Assembly: GCA_964016885.1 (NCBI GenBank)
Contig: OZ024744.1
Span: 26,164,001-26,228,000 of the forward strand
Length of the DNA: 64,000 bases
Direction: 5' to 3'
DNA from: Eledone cirrhosa
Taxonomy: Eukaryota
Below are positions 37,170-50,366 of the stretch, one piece after another. A program made the translations under genes and the position numbers. The notes beneath the pieces were generated by a model, which searched no databases, was not told the origin of the DNA, and saw only the letters and a program-made list of their open reading frames with translations. The stretch's first letter is position 1; each line of letters opens with the position of its first letter.

Positions 37170-38860
37170 ATATATTAGTAAAAAGAAAAAGAAAATGCTG
37201 ACAAATTTTTCCCAGTGAGAAATAGTTTAACTATGAATAAGTATAAATTAGTAATAAGTATTAGTTAGTATTCAGTTTTACTTTTAATTTTTACCGGTTG
37301 CGTCTTTCTAATGCTTTTCAAAAATAATTTTGAGAGATAGATTGCTCGTGATTTTTGCTCTAATCTGATCTGTTTTGGAAATTCTTCCTGTTTTATGTGA
37401 AAAAAGTGGCTTGGGAGGTTTAAACATTTGGTTGGTTGTTGAATGTCACGTGAATAAACACTATACATTTCGCGCCAATTCGTGTTGCAAAAATTCTTGT
37501 TGTCAAAACAATTTTGATTGGTCGGTAGAAGTCACGTGAATGTTTAAATTGATTTTAGAGCGAACTGGTTTCGCACCAAATGTAAGTTTGTCGAAGAGTG
37601 TCCTTTTCCGCTTGATTGAGTTGCACTCATGTTGAGAGGTCATCAGTTCAGGTGTCTATTAAGACAAATATGTGTGTGTTTGTGTAGCAAAGTGGTTCAT
37701 TGTTGTGATAATGGAAATGAATCGGTCAGTAAGAATGTGTGTCTACGTGTGTGGGGGGGGGGGGGGAGGTTATTTTAACATGTTGAAACATATTTTATAG
37801 CTCTTCTCTTATACGGAGAAGTGTGTGTGTGTGTCATTCTGTATGTTAGTTTACATCCCAAATTAAAATACTGGATTCAGAAAAATACCACTGAGTGAAC
37901 ACAATGATACCTGTGCCGCCCAAAATCATCCCAACTTTAGATCTTTCCCCTCTACAAATTTAAAGATAATGCCACCCACACCCAGCGTATCAGCAAGGAA
38001 TCTCACTTTATTAACAAATACGGTCCCCGTCTCAACACTTCTTCCTAAGACGATTCCACAACATACACACGTTGACATACATACCTACATCAGCATACAT
38101 CCTACATACACTTCTATCCACATATAAACACAATGACATACGTAAACACACATGTCCTATGGTGCAACACAAATTACACAAATTTGCATACCTCTTGATG
38201 TCTATAGATATAAACGTGCCGACACACACACATACACATACGCACACATGTATTGCACATTGATGGGCACATACATATTTGTACATAAGTATCCAATACG
38301 ACAGGGCCTAATGGATTCCCCTTGCAGTACGTACAATCTGGACTCACACACGCCTTGTTGTTATGACAATACTATACATCATGTCACCTCATTTATTATT
38401 GATGTTATTGATGTTCTTTTGAGAGAATTGCTTTTGCAAATGACTGAAAATATTGAATAATGTACGCCATTTTTACCAGTACCACAAAAATACTGGTCCA
38501 TCCACACACGAATTGTCACGAAATGTATAGTACTTATTCACGTGATATTCAACAACCAACCAAATGTGAATACCTCCCAAGCCAAGCCACTTTCTTCACA
38601 TAAAACAGGAAGAATTTCCAAAACTGATCAGATTAGAGCAAAAATCACGAGCACTCTATCTCAAAATTATTTTTGAAAAGCATAAGAAAGGTGCAACCGG
38701 TAAAAATTAAAAGTAAAACTGAATACTAACTAATACTTATTACTAATTTATACTTATTCCTAATTAAACTATATTTCACTGGGAAACATTTATCAGCATT
38801 TTCTTTTCCTTTTTACTAATATATGACAACTCGTGTGTCACGCCTTTATTATTTTAAATA
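37170..38860. mobile_element. Element with about 315-bp inverted repeats, about 1-kb spacer and about 35-nt tail, in (TA)n
   Basis: 37170-37487 is the reverse complement of 38505-38825; tail ACTCGTGTGTCACGCC.. matches the tail at 13815. Confidence 0.88.
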
Positions 38861-38969
38861 TATATATATATTTCTTGTGGCCTATTTTTGCGTGTTCGTC
38901 ACTTCAACGGCTAACGGCATGCGTCGGGCAGTAAGCGAAATATTGACCTACCCTTATAGTATGGAAATA

Positions 38970-39049
38970 GCTGTCTGAAGATCTAATTCTTTCCATTGGA
39001 AATTCTCTGGATTTCCAATCTTTTGATTAGTGAAACCGTCGGTAACAGC
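38970..39049 (+). ncRNA. Type I hammerhead ribozyme with extended stem II
   Basis: GCTGT-CTGAAGA-TCTAAT..TTGGAAAT/ATTTCCAA..ATTAGT-GAAACC-GTC-GGT-A-ACAGC; GUA site. Confidence 0.85.
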
Positions 39050-39120
39050 AATAGAACAGGTGAATATTTCAATCGTTTTTTCATTTATTTAAAATTGTTT
39101 GATAATTGCTTGCTCCACAC

Positions 39121-39205
<85 letters not shown>

Positions 39206-40204
39206 TATATATATATATACATATTTACATGCATATATATATACATATATACAGCCTTGTCATGTTCAGTGACACGCAGAATCTCCATGAGAACTACATT
39301 AAGGGTACGCATATCTGTGGAATGTTCAGCCACTTGCACGTTAAAATGGATCAACTGGAACACGTAATGCATCCATGTATACATACATAAAGTGGTTAAT
39401 TGGCAGAGTTTATTAGAACGTGAGATAGAATGCATGGCCGTATTTAATTCCGGATCTCTTCTCCCTGAGTTCAAATGCTACCGAGGTGAACTTTGACTTT
39501 CAACCATTTAAGGTCGATAAAAAAGTACCAGTCTAATAGTGGGTTGATTCTTCCTCTATATCTCTTTCTCGCTTCTTTCTCTCTCACTCTCTATATTTTT
39601 CTGTAAGAAATATTTTATTTTCAGATCTGGAGAGGAGATCGGCTCCACCAGGTCTAAAATGCCATAGAAACGTCACATGACCATATCGTGCCGCAACGAG
39701 TCCTTCAACAGTTACGGAACAACCTATTTATGTGTGTATGGGTATGCGTATGCGTATGTGTATGCGTATGTGTGCGAGTGAGTGAGTGAGTGTGTGTATA
39801 TATACATACGTACAGGTATCATCCATGCAAATGGGCTTCCACATAGTTTCTGTCTACCACATTCCATTCATAAAGCTTTTGTGAAGCCAAGCCTATCGTA
39901 GAAACTCCTTCATCCAAAATGCCACGCTCTGGAATTGAAACCTCATAATTGCAGCGCGAACATCTTAAACCATTCGGCTATGCTGATTCCATATATAGAC
40001 ACACCTTCGTACACACGTGAGCACATACACGCTCACGTCATATACACATATACACATACATGCTCACGTGCATGCACGCATTCACACACACGTGTACGTG
40101 CTTGCTCATACACACAACATAGCCTCAGACACGGACACAGACACAAACAAGAACGGGAACAGACACACTCAAACACACAAATCCACACCCATATATACAA
40201 ATGT

Positions 40205-40336
40205 CGATGGGCGTGCATCTGCATAAAAGGGGAAACACCCCCTTCGGCCATGAACGACCATGGGATTTGTACCTAGAAAGTTCCTCTCCGAGGCACAAGT
40301 CCAGGCTAGGTTGTTTGTAGAAGACCAGCAGTCGTT
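40205..40336 (-). mobile_element. SINE-like dispersed repeat
   Basis: Reverse complement of 54160-54270. Confidence 0.7.
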
Positions 40337-40339
40337 CAA

Positions 40340-40495
40340 GGGAAATGCAAAGGCCGATAGAGCTAGCTGTCGAAACGGCAGGAGCTCAGCCGTCGGAGTC
40401 CTGACTATTTTCCTATCACCCACTCTGCTACCCCAAGTATTGAGTACTCTGGTGCATTATGGTCCACCTGGTTCCTTATCACACTTCCTACGTTA
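40340..40495 (+). mobile_element. PLE-like 3' end with the 3' half of an HHR, ending at (TA)n
   Basis: GATAG..CTGTC-GAAACGGC..GCCGT-C; homologous copy on the minus strand at 43998-44100. Confidence 0.55.
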
Positions 40496-40804
40496 TATAT
40501 ATATATCATATCATATCATATTTAAAATGCTAGAGAGAAGAACAAAGATTTATGAGTACATATACAGTATATTTAATGGCTGACAAGTTGTTTCAAATAT
40601 TGCACAGTAAGAGTGGACATAGATGTTGAGATATCGAATATAAAACGATATTAGTACATTAATAAATTAGTACATTAATAGATATCTGTGTCAGTATCAC
40701 ATTAACTACTAACTTTTCTTTCCTCCTCATTGGCTTACTTGCTTTTTACTCTGTGTGTATGTATATATATATATATGTGTGTATATATATGTATATATAT
40801 ATAT

Positions 40805-41812
40805 ATGTAAAAGAAATGAAAGAACGCCTACATACTCATACAATTTTTATTTGCTGACAATGTTTCATCCATATCATTGGGCAGGAATCATCAGAGCTTT
40901 ATAAACAAAAATACAGTGCTGAGTATAAGCTCTACCGAGCCTAGTCACATGAACATTATAAATACAATAGAAGTTAACAGGAGGGAGATTTTGAATGGCG
41001 AGTATGGATATACTGCATAGTGGGGTTATTATTCAGCACTACAGCTAAATGCAATGGTACAGGCAGATTTTTTCACAAGATGCAGAAGTATGTGAGGGCA
41101 CATAAAAGCAAAAAGTATAAACAATAGTTAAAACATATACTAATAAAGTAAAAGGAACATAATAATATAAAGAGATGAAAAAATTAAAAAAAGAAAAAAG
41201 AAAATAATTTAAAGCACAAAAAAACAGAGGAAGCTATGCGTTAGTCACTATATATAACAGGTGATTTAGTTCTCCATAACTTAGAGTTATAGAAATACTT
41301 AAAGGCTCCCAAGGTATCTTCAGAAAGCCCAAATGGGATTTTATTCCTCCCCGTAGTATACATAATCAAGGTATACTAGTAGGTTACGGAATTATGTGGA
41401 CCATGGGTGCTAAACTTATATATAGATAGGCACCACATAAATACAAGCCAAACACAAGCAAAGCGGGGTTATTGCATGATCAAGCTAAAGCAAAAATACA
41501 TAACAAAAATGGTTTAGTTCCTGAAAAAACACACATCTAACGAGAAGTCACTGCATATCCATATCTACCGTAGAGGTCAGTTAATCGGTCTCAAATGCCT
41601 CGATTGTCTAGGAGTTATAAAGATAGTGGATGTTTCCTGCCCCATGGTTCAAACATTGTAAGCAAATAAAAATGGTATGAGTAAGTAGGCGTTCTTTGAA
41701 TTTCTTTACATATAACGGCTCTGTTCTCGTACATTGAGTTTATACAATACTGTCACAAATACGACACGGTACAGGTGCTGCGTTTATGCGCATACGCTTC
41801 GTGGTCTACGTA
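40805..41812. mobile_element. Inverted-repeat element (about 100-bp arms, about 700-bp spacer, about 100-nt tail) in (TA)n
   Basis: GTAAAAGAAATGAAAGAACGCCTACATACTCATAC.. versus ..GTATGAGTAAGTAGGCGTTCTTTGAATTTCTTTAC. Confidence 0.8.
40853..40897 (-). ncRNA. Minimal type I hammerhead ribozyme
   Basis: Minus strand reads GCT-CTGATGA-TTCC..GGAT-GAAAC-ATTGT-C-AGC-AAATAAA; GUC site. Confidence 0.85.
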
Positions 41813-42177
41813 AATATATATATATATACGTATAGATATTCAAAACAACGAACAGCGGAGGACGCGTTTCGCACCTTTCCGACAGACAACGTTTCCCCCA
41901 CCCCGGAAAAAACCCCAATTGATGGATGTGAATCCGAAATATATAGGGACAATTAAATCTCTCGTGTTGTTATTTTAATTTTATCCTTTATGCTCTTTCC
42001 TTCATTCCTCTACACGTCTTATACACGCCACGCATCTCAACGTACACCCACTTACATCTCTCTCTCCACCACCGGATCTTGTTACCCGGAGATTTACCCA
42101 TTTGCATTGTCGAGGCTTCCTAACGATTTAAAGAAATTTACCATATTATTCCACAATGCTTCAAGCAAACTTCAATA

Positions 42178-42251
<74 letters not shown>

Positions 42252-42254
<3 letters not shown>

Positions 42255-42890
42255 TGCATCTTCGCTTATCTGGATAAAGCTTTTCCGAAATTCGATTTAC
42301 CGGACAGCTATTTCTATACTACCTCCGGACCAGGAGGACTTGATTTCGGCAGACGGACAGATTCGGGCAGCATTTCTTCCGGCGGACGATACGTCACTTA
42401 TTCAGCCAATGGACCAGGGAGTTTTGGAGACACTAAAGCGGATTTACAGAAAACAATTGCTGTGGGATTTGATCGGAAAGGGGGACACGGGAATGATTCC
42501 ATTTGTACGTGCGATAAACATGAGGGATGTGGTTGACCATTCAGCTGTTGCGTTGAAATGGTAGCGGAACAACGAGTTTCGGCGCGAAAACAATCTTCTA
42601 TTTATTCATTTTTATAAAAGTACTAACTTTTTATGGTTTGACTCAATTCAGTTTTAGCAAGTTTTTAGTTATTTTTATGTCTGTTTAATTAATTTTCTTA
42701 TAAATTCTAGCTTTTCTTTTGTTATTCTAATAAACTTTCTTTACTTAGCATTTGTCTTTTATTTTGACTAAAAGAAGCCAAAACATTAAAAACCACGAGC
42801 ATTATGTAACAATGGGATTTTAGAATTCACTTAACCGGATATTTCACTTAACCGGATCTTTTTCTAACCGTCCGGATAAGCGAAGATTCA

Positions 42891-42893
<3 letters not shown>
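42252..42893 (+). mobile_element. Internally deleted pogo/Tigger DNA transposon
   Basis: TIRs CAGTGCATCTTCGCTTATCTGGA / TCCGGATAAGCGAAGATTCACTG, TA on both sides, DDE fragment FLPADDTSLIQPMDQGVLETLKRIYRK (42340-42564). Confidence 0.92.
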
Positions 42894-42935
<42 letters not shown>

Positions 42936-42938
<3 letters not shown>

Positions 42939-43214
42939 CACAGAAAAAAGAGAATCAGTGTTGCGATGAAAGGAATTTATTGGACATATTACAATAATTT
43001 CTGGGGCGACCAACTCGAGGCACGATCGATGTGCTGATTATACCTGACTCTGAAATCGCGCGGTCGCCCGAGCTGGTCGCCCGAGACACAATTGTAATAT
43101 GTCCAATAAATTCCTTTCGTCACAACACTGATTTTATTTTTTATGTGATGCTCTATGAGGGCATCGAGTGCTCATACTTCCTACCGCTTACGGACGCTTT
43201 GAGCATCCAACACC

Positions 43215-43217
<3 letters not shown>
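42936..43217. mobile_element. Palindromic element (about 80-bp arms) with right tail in (TA)n
   Basis: ATCACAGAAAAAAGAGAATCAGTGTTG.. versus ..CAACACTGATTTTATTTTTTATGTGAT; spacer has HHR-like CTGATTA..GAAATCGCGCGGTC. Confidence 0.8.
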
Positions 43218-43250
<33 letters not shown>

Positions 43251-44098
43251 GTTGTTGTCCAAGGGAAAGGCAATGGCCGGTATTCATTGGCACCAGTGAC
43301 GTCACAACTCATTTCTAAAGCTGAGTAAACAGGAGCAACGTGTAACAAAGTGTCTTACTCAAAGATACAACGCATCACCCAGTCCGAGAATCGAACTCAC
43401 AACCTAACGATTGTAGGCCTGACGCTCTAACCACTAACCACACATAAGCAATTGCACATAAATACAGAGGACAACATAAATACATAGATACAGAGAACAA
43501 CATAAAGGATTCTGATTTAGGCACAAAGCCCACAAGTTGTGGAGAGAAGAAAATCGATCAAATCTCCTCCAGTGTATTACTGGTAATTTATTTTATCGAA
43601 CCCGTAAGAATGAAAGGCAAAGTTAGCCTCGGCGTGATTTAAAATCAGGACGTAAAGGGACTTAAGAAATACCACGTGGTATGTCTCCAGTGCTCTACCG
43701 ATCTACACAGAGAAGAAACTAATGTAAAGTAAAATACATACATATATATATGTATGGTTTCTTTATTGGCCACAACCTGTCATAATAATTTTTCTTATGA
43801 ATATTTTTGTTATGAATCTTATGACAGGCTGAATGAGTTGGGGCCCGGAACCCAACAAGACTTAGGTACCTGTTTATGTCACTATTGTAATTATTTATAC
43901 CAAAGTTTGGTAGAATTATCCAAGAGTAAGAACACTCAGTCCTTACGAGTTTGGTAGGTATAAATAATTACAACAGTGACATATATATATATATATATAA
44001 CAAAGAAGGTGTGGTTAGATACCAGGTGGACCAGAGTACTCTCGATACTTAGGGTAGAAGAGCTGAATTCCGGCCGTTTCGACAGCAAGATCCGAACA

Positions 44099-44234
<136 letters not shown>

Positions 44235-45418
44235 GGAAAATTGAGTGAGAGAGAGAGAAATATGAAAACGTATTCGTCGTAGTCAGAAATATTTTGTTCA
44301 GTTAAGGTCACAACTGAGTGAACTTTCGCTAAATAAAGGCCCACAATTATCCACTTGAACAATCATACTTGCATTAATTTCTATTTTTTCGTAGTTTATC
44401 TAGAGAAAATATGTTTGTATGGACGGATGGATGGAGAGACGGATGGTTGGTCCCGTCACTCCTGATAGAGTCGTATGGACACCGTATTGACATACAGCGT
44501 TTCTTGGGGATTTTAAGCCTGGTGGAGCCCATCTCTCTCCAGGTCAGCAGCTTTCTTCCAGATATAAACTGAGACAGAAACTGAGAGAGAGGAAATGAGA
44601 AAGATATATATATAGAGAAAGAATCGACCCCAGTACTTGACTGGTACATTTTTTATCGACCTCGAACGGATGAAAGGCGGAGTTGACCTCGGTGGGATTT
44701 GAACTCAGAGAGCAGAGAACTGGAACAATTCGCCGCCTTAGTGAATATATAACCTCCCAAAAACCAATTGCATTGGCAACCTGGTCTTTCTTCTTTAAAA
44801 ATGTGTAAAAATAGGCGAAGTTAAGAAAGAGATTTTGGGAAATATCAAAAAGATGTTTAGATCCTGTCCATATCCGAAAATAAACTAAAACATATAAGTT
44901 TTAGTAATTGTATTATTGGTCTTGTTGTTATTGTTATTGTTATTATTGTTGTTGTTGTTGTTGTGGTGGTGGTGGTGGTGGTGGTGGTGGTGTGGGTGGT
45001 GGTTGTTGTTGTTGTTGTTGGTGGTGTTTTCAATTATTTAATACTTTGTGTTTTTGTATTTTACGCTCTGAACGTAAAAGGAAGTTAGTTGAATTACAAA
45101 AGGATTAATACATATGAATGTAGCCCGCCCCCCCCCCCCCACATATATATATTTATGTGTGTGTGTATGTATTAATGCACACGTACTCGGATATGTGTAC
45201 AAAAAAACACATGGGAGTATGTGTGTGTATACGTTGATGCCAATGTACACACACACATGCATACACATACACACATACATATAGCCTCACACGCATACGG
45301 TCACACACAGACAATCAGGAAACGACGAACCCGGCTTCGGATTCTCTGAATTAAATGTTTGAAATCTTGCTTACATCTATTACAGAGAAACACAAGAGAC
45401 ATACACACACATAATATA

Positions 45419-45515
<97 letters not shown>

Positions 45516-45576
45516 GTTTATATATATATATACATATATATGTATATATATATACATATATATATGCATATATATA

Positions 45577-45607
<31 letters not shown>

Positions 45608-45680
45608 TATGTATATATATATATGTATATATATATATATTATATATATATATGTATGTATATATATATATATATATATT

Positions 45681-45726
<46 letters not shown>

Positions 45727-45804
45727 CGTGTGTGTGTGTAAGTGTGCGTGTATGTATATATGTGTGTATATGTGTGTGTGTGTGTGAGTATATAAATAAA
45801 AGCT

Positions 45805-45900
<96 letters not shown>

Positions 45901-45993
45901 GGAGAGAAACAGAGAGAGAGAGAGAGAGAGTGTGAGAGATGTAGACAAAGAGAGAAAGAAAGAGGTGGAAAGCTAGAGGTAAAAAATAGTTAC

Positions 45994-46492
45994 CTTTGAG
46001 GATGTTGCTTACATTGTTTAATACATTCACAAAGGATATGAGTTTATTCTCTATTTGAAGAAATCTTATAGAATTGTTTCGTATCCACTCCAAGTCTGGA
46101 GTGTCAGGTTGTGTTTCATTATCCGGTACACTGAAGAAGATCTGTGGCACATCCACATTGCGTTTGATCGCTCTCCGTATCGCATACGCTTTCCCTGACG
46201 GTGTGTAGGACACGTCGGCAGCATCAGGCAACTTATCACGCTCTTTGCTGTTGTCTTGAGGTGATTGGGCTTTTTCGAGCGTAAAGTTGGACGCGCTTCC
46301 CTGGCCACACGCGATCTGCAGGAAATTTTTATCAAGGTTGAATGCATACAAACAGTTCTGCGACTTGAATGTCTCTTCCTTGGCCAAAATTTGGATCGGT
46401 GCTGTTGTTATCAGCAAGAAAACGATCAAAAGAGATGATTTAGCATAGTAGTGTTTGTTCGCTGTCTTCATTGCGGTTAACTCTGCTTCCAT
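45994..46492 (-). CDS. Probable first coding exon of a host gene for a secreted protein (family uncertain)
   Basis: Unique non-repetitive 166-codon frame, hydrophobic signal-like LLIVFLLITTAPIQILA, two Cys, several N-x-S/T sequons, heptad-like end; donor AAG|GTAACT at 45994/45993 and acceptor-like TTTTTTCCGTCAG just upstream of the ATG. Confidence 0.75.
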
Positions 46493-47076
46493 GCTGACGG
46501 AAAAAACCGGAACGCTTCCAATGTTAATAATGGTTTCGTAGATCTAATTTTTAGTTCCTCTTTCTTCAGTTTAATATTCTATGGTACTTCAATGTTAGAC
46601 ACATGGATTATTATTCTGTCTCTGCGACTGTTGTAGTATGTATGTGCATGTGTATGTGGGCATTTCTGAAAATATATGTAAAAATATATATGTATATATG
46701 TGTGTGTGAGTAAGTGTGTGTGAATGTGTGTACGCGTCTGGGGATATTGCTGTATGTGTATATTTGGGTGTGTGTGTTTACGCTGAGGTAAAGAAAAAAA
46801 AGTCCCACACCAAAATAAAATGGAATATTGGCTGATAGATAAATCTGCGGTTTTTCTCAGAATTCTTCCAAGTATATTTGTCTGAATAAATTTTCCTTTC
46901 ACTGCCTCAGGATGTAATATATTTATATATGCATTTATTTGTCTATTTATTTAATTCATCTCACACTCCCATATATATATATTATATATATATATATATT
47001 ATATATATATATATATATTATATATATATATACACACATATACATATATATATATATATTTGTTTGTATACACACG

Positions 47077-47155
<79 letters not shown>

Positions 47156-47446
47156 ACACACATATATATATATATATAGAGAGAGAGATAGACACATATC
47201 TACACATCAACTAATAATATGTGACCTGTGAAAGCGCAACCAGCAGTTATTTATCTCTGATTGGTTCATCGCAGGCGGAATATTATGGAGTCAACTGTTG
47301 TTATATTTTTATTTCTTTATAACCTTAAAGTTTTACAATTATTTTCACTAAATTTCATGTCTATTATCTCCAAGAATGTCGACCTAGGAAGTCATTATTG
47401 GAAAGAGGTTGTAGGAAAATGTGTTCAGATGATGATGCTTATGACA

Positions 47447-47540
<94 letters not shown>

Positions 47541-47602
47541 CAATATATGATAATATATATATATACATATATATATTATATATGTATATACATGTATGTA
47601 TG

Positions 47603-47715
<113 letters not shown>

Positions 47716-47718
47716 ATG

Positions 47719-47781
<63 letters not shown>

Positions 47782-48325
47782 GTGTGTGTGTTTGTGTGTG
47801 TAAATACACACACACACACTCACAGACGCACACAAACACACTCACACATACATATATATTTAAATTATGAGGAGAATAAAAACTAGAACTTTACCTCTGT
47901 TAATATGAAAAGGTCACCAGCAGAAGGCTTAAGAAATATTATTTAACATAACATATAAATTCAACTAGCAATGCCAGGCAATTATTCCTCGATCTCTGAC
48001 CAAATACATATTCAATTTTATGCATTCATAATTTCATTGAAAAGATATGGGCTGATGACAGAAATTCATTGCTATAAACACACACACACAATCATATATA
48101 TAAATATATATATATATATTTCGTTTCTGAATTTGTTTAGCATGATTCTTTATCTGAAAACGTTTGTTGAAACCTATATATACTTTGGGAGGGTCATGTT
48201 GCCAATAAGAAACACACGCACCAGTTGCTTTCACTTCAATTTATTATAATAAATTTATAAATTTAGGAATTTATAAATTTCTGGTTGGTTGGTTGGTTCC
48301 ACAACTAGATGGTTGTTTATATATT

Positions 48326-48368
48326 GTCATAGTTCTTTCGTCACACATTCTGTGACCTCTTCAGTGAC
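48326..48368 (-). ncRNA. Minimal type I hammerhead ribozyme
   Basis: Minus strand reads GTCA-CTGAAGA-GGTCACA(GAATG)TGTGAC-GAAAG-AACT-A-TGAC; CUA site. Confidence 0.8.
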
Positions 48369-48477
48369 TGGGGATTCTTTTCTTTGTTCTCTCCTCCTTT
48401 GTTCTGCCCACACACAGAAACAAGATGGCGTAGGACAGAACAAAGGAGAGGCACAAAAACAAAGAAAAGAATCCCCA

Positions 48478-48520
48478 GTCACTGAAGAGGTCACAGAATG
48501 TGTGACGAAAGAACTTTGAC
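48478..48520 (+). ncRNA. Minimal type I hammerhead ribozyme (mirror copy)
   Basis: GTCA-CTGAAGA-GGTCACA..TGTGAC-GAAAG-AACT-T-TGAC; CUU site. Confidence 0.8.
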
Positions 48521-48662
48521 AATATATAAACAACCATCTGGTTGTGGAACCAACCAACCAACCAGAAATTTATAAATTCCTAAATTAATAAATTTATTAT
48601 AATAAATTGAAGTGAAAGTAGCTGGTGCGTGTGTTTCTTATTGGCAACATGACCCTCCCAAA

Positions 48663-48801
<139 letters not shown>

Positions 48802-48858
48802 CAGTCATACAAAAGTGAGTTAAAAACGAAACGAAATTTAATTTCGTTTCGTTATTTG

Positions 48859-48957
<99 letters not shown>

Positions 48958-49254
48958 GGAGCTTTCGGTAATTAGAAGGAGGGATACGGATAAAAATCCC
49001 ATAACTCCTTGTACCATCATAGATGCACCGTCAAATGACGTGTCTAGGGCACTTTTAAACCTGGCAGAGTCTAATACTCTCGACTACAACCGATTGTTGC
49101 TATAGAGGAAGAATCGACCTCAGTACTGGACTGGTCTTTTTTTATCGACCTCGAAAGGATGAAAGGTAAAGTTGCTATTCGTGCCAACCCTCGCCTATGG
49201 TCATCAAACTTGGATAATGACCGAAAGAATATGATCGTGAATATATGCGGCCGA

Positions 49255-49652
49255 AATGGGATTCCTCCGAAGGGTCCTTGGAGTAGCGTTACTCGATAAA
49301 GTGTGTAGCTCGGAGATGAGAGAGTCACTCCAGGTAGAGCTGCTACTTTTCTGATTTGAGAGATCACAGCTCTGATACTGTGGACATGTGGTTAGAATGT
49401 CTCAGGAGATGAGAGAGTCACTCCAGGTAGAGCTGCTACTTCTCTGGATATAGAGATCACAGCTCTTATACTATGGACATGTGGTTAGAATGTCTCAGGA
49501 GATGAGAGAGTCACTCCAGGTAGAGCCTCTACTTCTCCGGATATAGAGATCACAGCTCTTATACTATGGACATGTGGTTAGAATGGACAGGCAAAACCAA
49601 CCGGTAGGAGATCCAGGGATAGACTTGGAGCAAGATGGTTGGATAACATCCA
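49255..49652 (+). mobile_element. RTE 3' fragment with an internal 93-bp tandem triplication
   Basis: GGAGATGAGAGAGTCACTCCAGGTAGAG at 49312, 49405 and 49498; same family as the RTE fragment at 14435-15135. Confidence 0.85.
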
Positions 49653-49731
49653 TGAAGAAGAAGAAGAAGGAGAAGAAGAAGAAGAAGAAGAAGAAGAAGA
49701 AGAAGAAGAAGAAGAAGAAGAAGAAGAAAAA

Positions 49732-49828
<97 letters not shown>

Positions 49829-50033
49829 AAGAAGAAGAAGAAGAAGAAGAAAGAAGAAGGAGACGAAGAAGAAGAGGAAGGAGAAGGAGAAGAAGAAGAA
49901 GAAGAAGAAGAAGAAGAAGAAAAGAAGAAGAAGAAGAAGAAGACGAAGAAGAAGAAGAAGAAGAAGAAGGAGACGAAGAAGAAGAAGAAGAAGAAGAAGA
50001 AGAAGAAGAAGAAGAAGAAGAAGAAGAAGAAGA
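49653..50033. repeat. Compound (GAA)n(TAA)n(GAA)n microsatellite
   Basis: Directly visible. Confidence 0.98.
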
Positions 50034-50296
50034 ATATATATGAAAGTGTTGAATTTTGTTTGAAGCATTCTGTAGTAAAAATGGTCACTTTTGGAAGCTT
50101 CTACAACGCAGATGGATAAATCTGCGGGTAACATCATCAATACCAGTAGGTAGTAAGGGGGTAGGAAAGGTGGGTAGGAAGAAATAGGAAAAAGAAAATG
50201 TTAAATTAAATGAAAGCCGGAGACAAAGTTACCTTGGAATTGATTTATTAGTTCCTAAATTTCGGATTTCTTAATATATGGATACACACACATCTA

Positions 50297-50364
<68 letters not shown>

Positions 50365-50366
<2 letters not shown>

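Noticed and set aside
45803-45993. C-terminal SLSLSL extension of the 229-aa ORF
   Set aside because: Lies past a good splice donor in a (GA)n tract; intronic read-through.
47240-47285. CCAAT-containing promoter for the minus-strand gene
   Set aside because: A single short motif with no evidence for the transcription start.
48045-48075. CTGATGA-CA-GAAA as an HHR
   Set aside because: No stem II and no convincing stems I or III.
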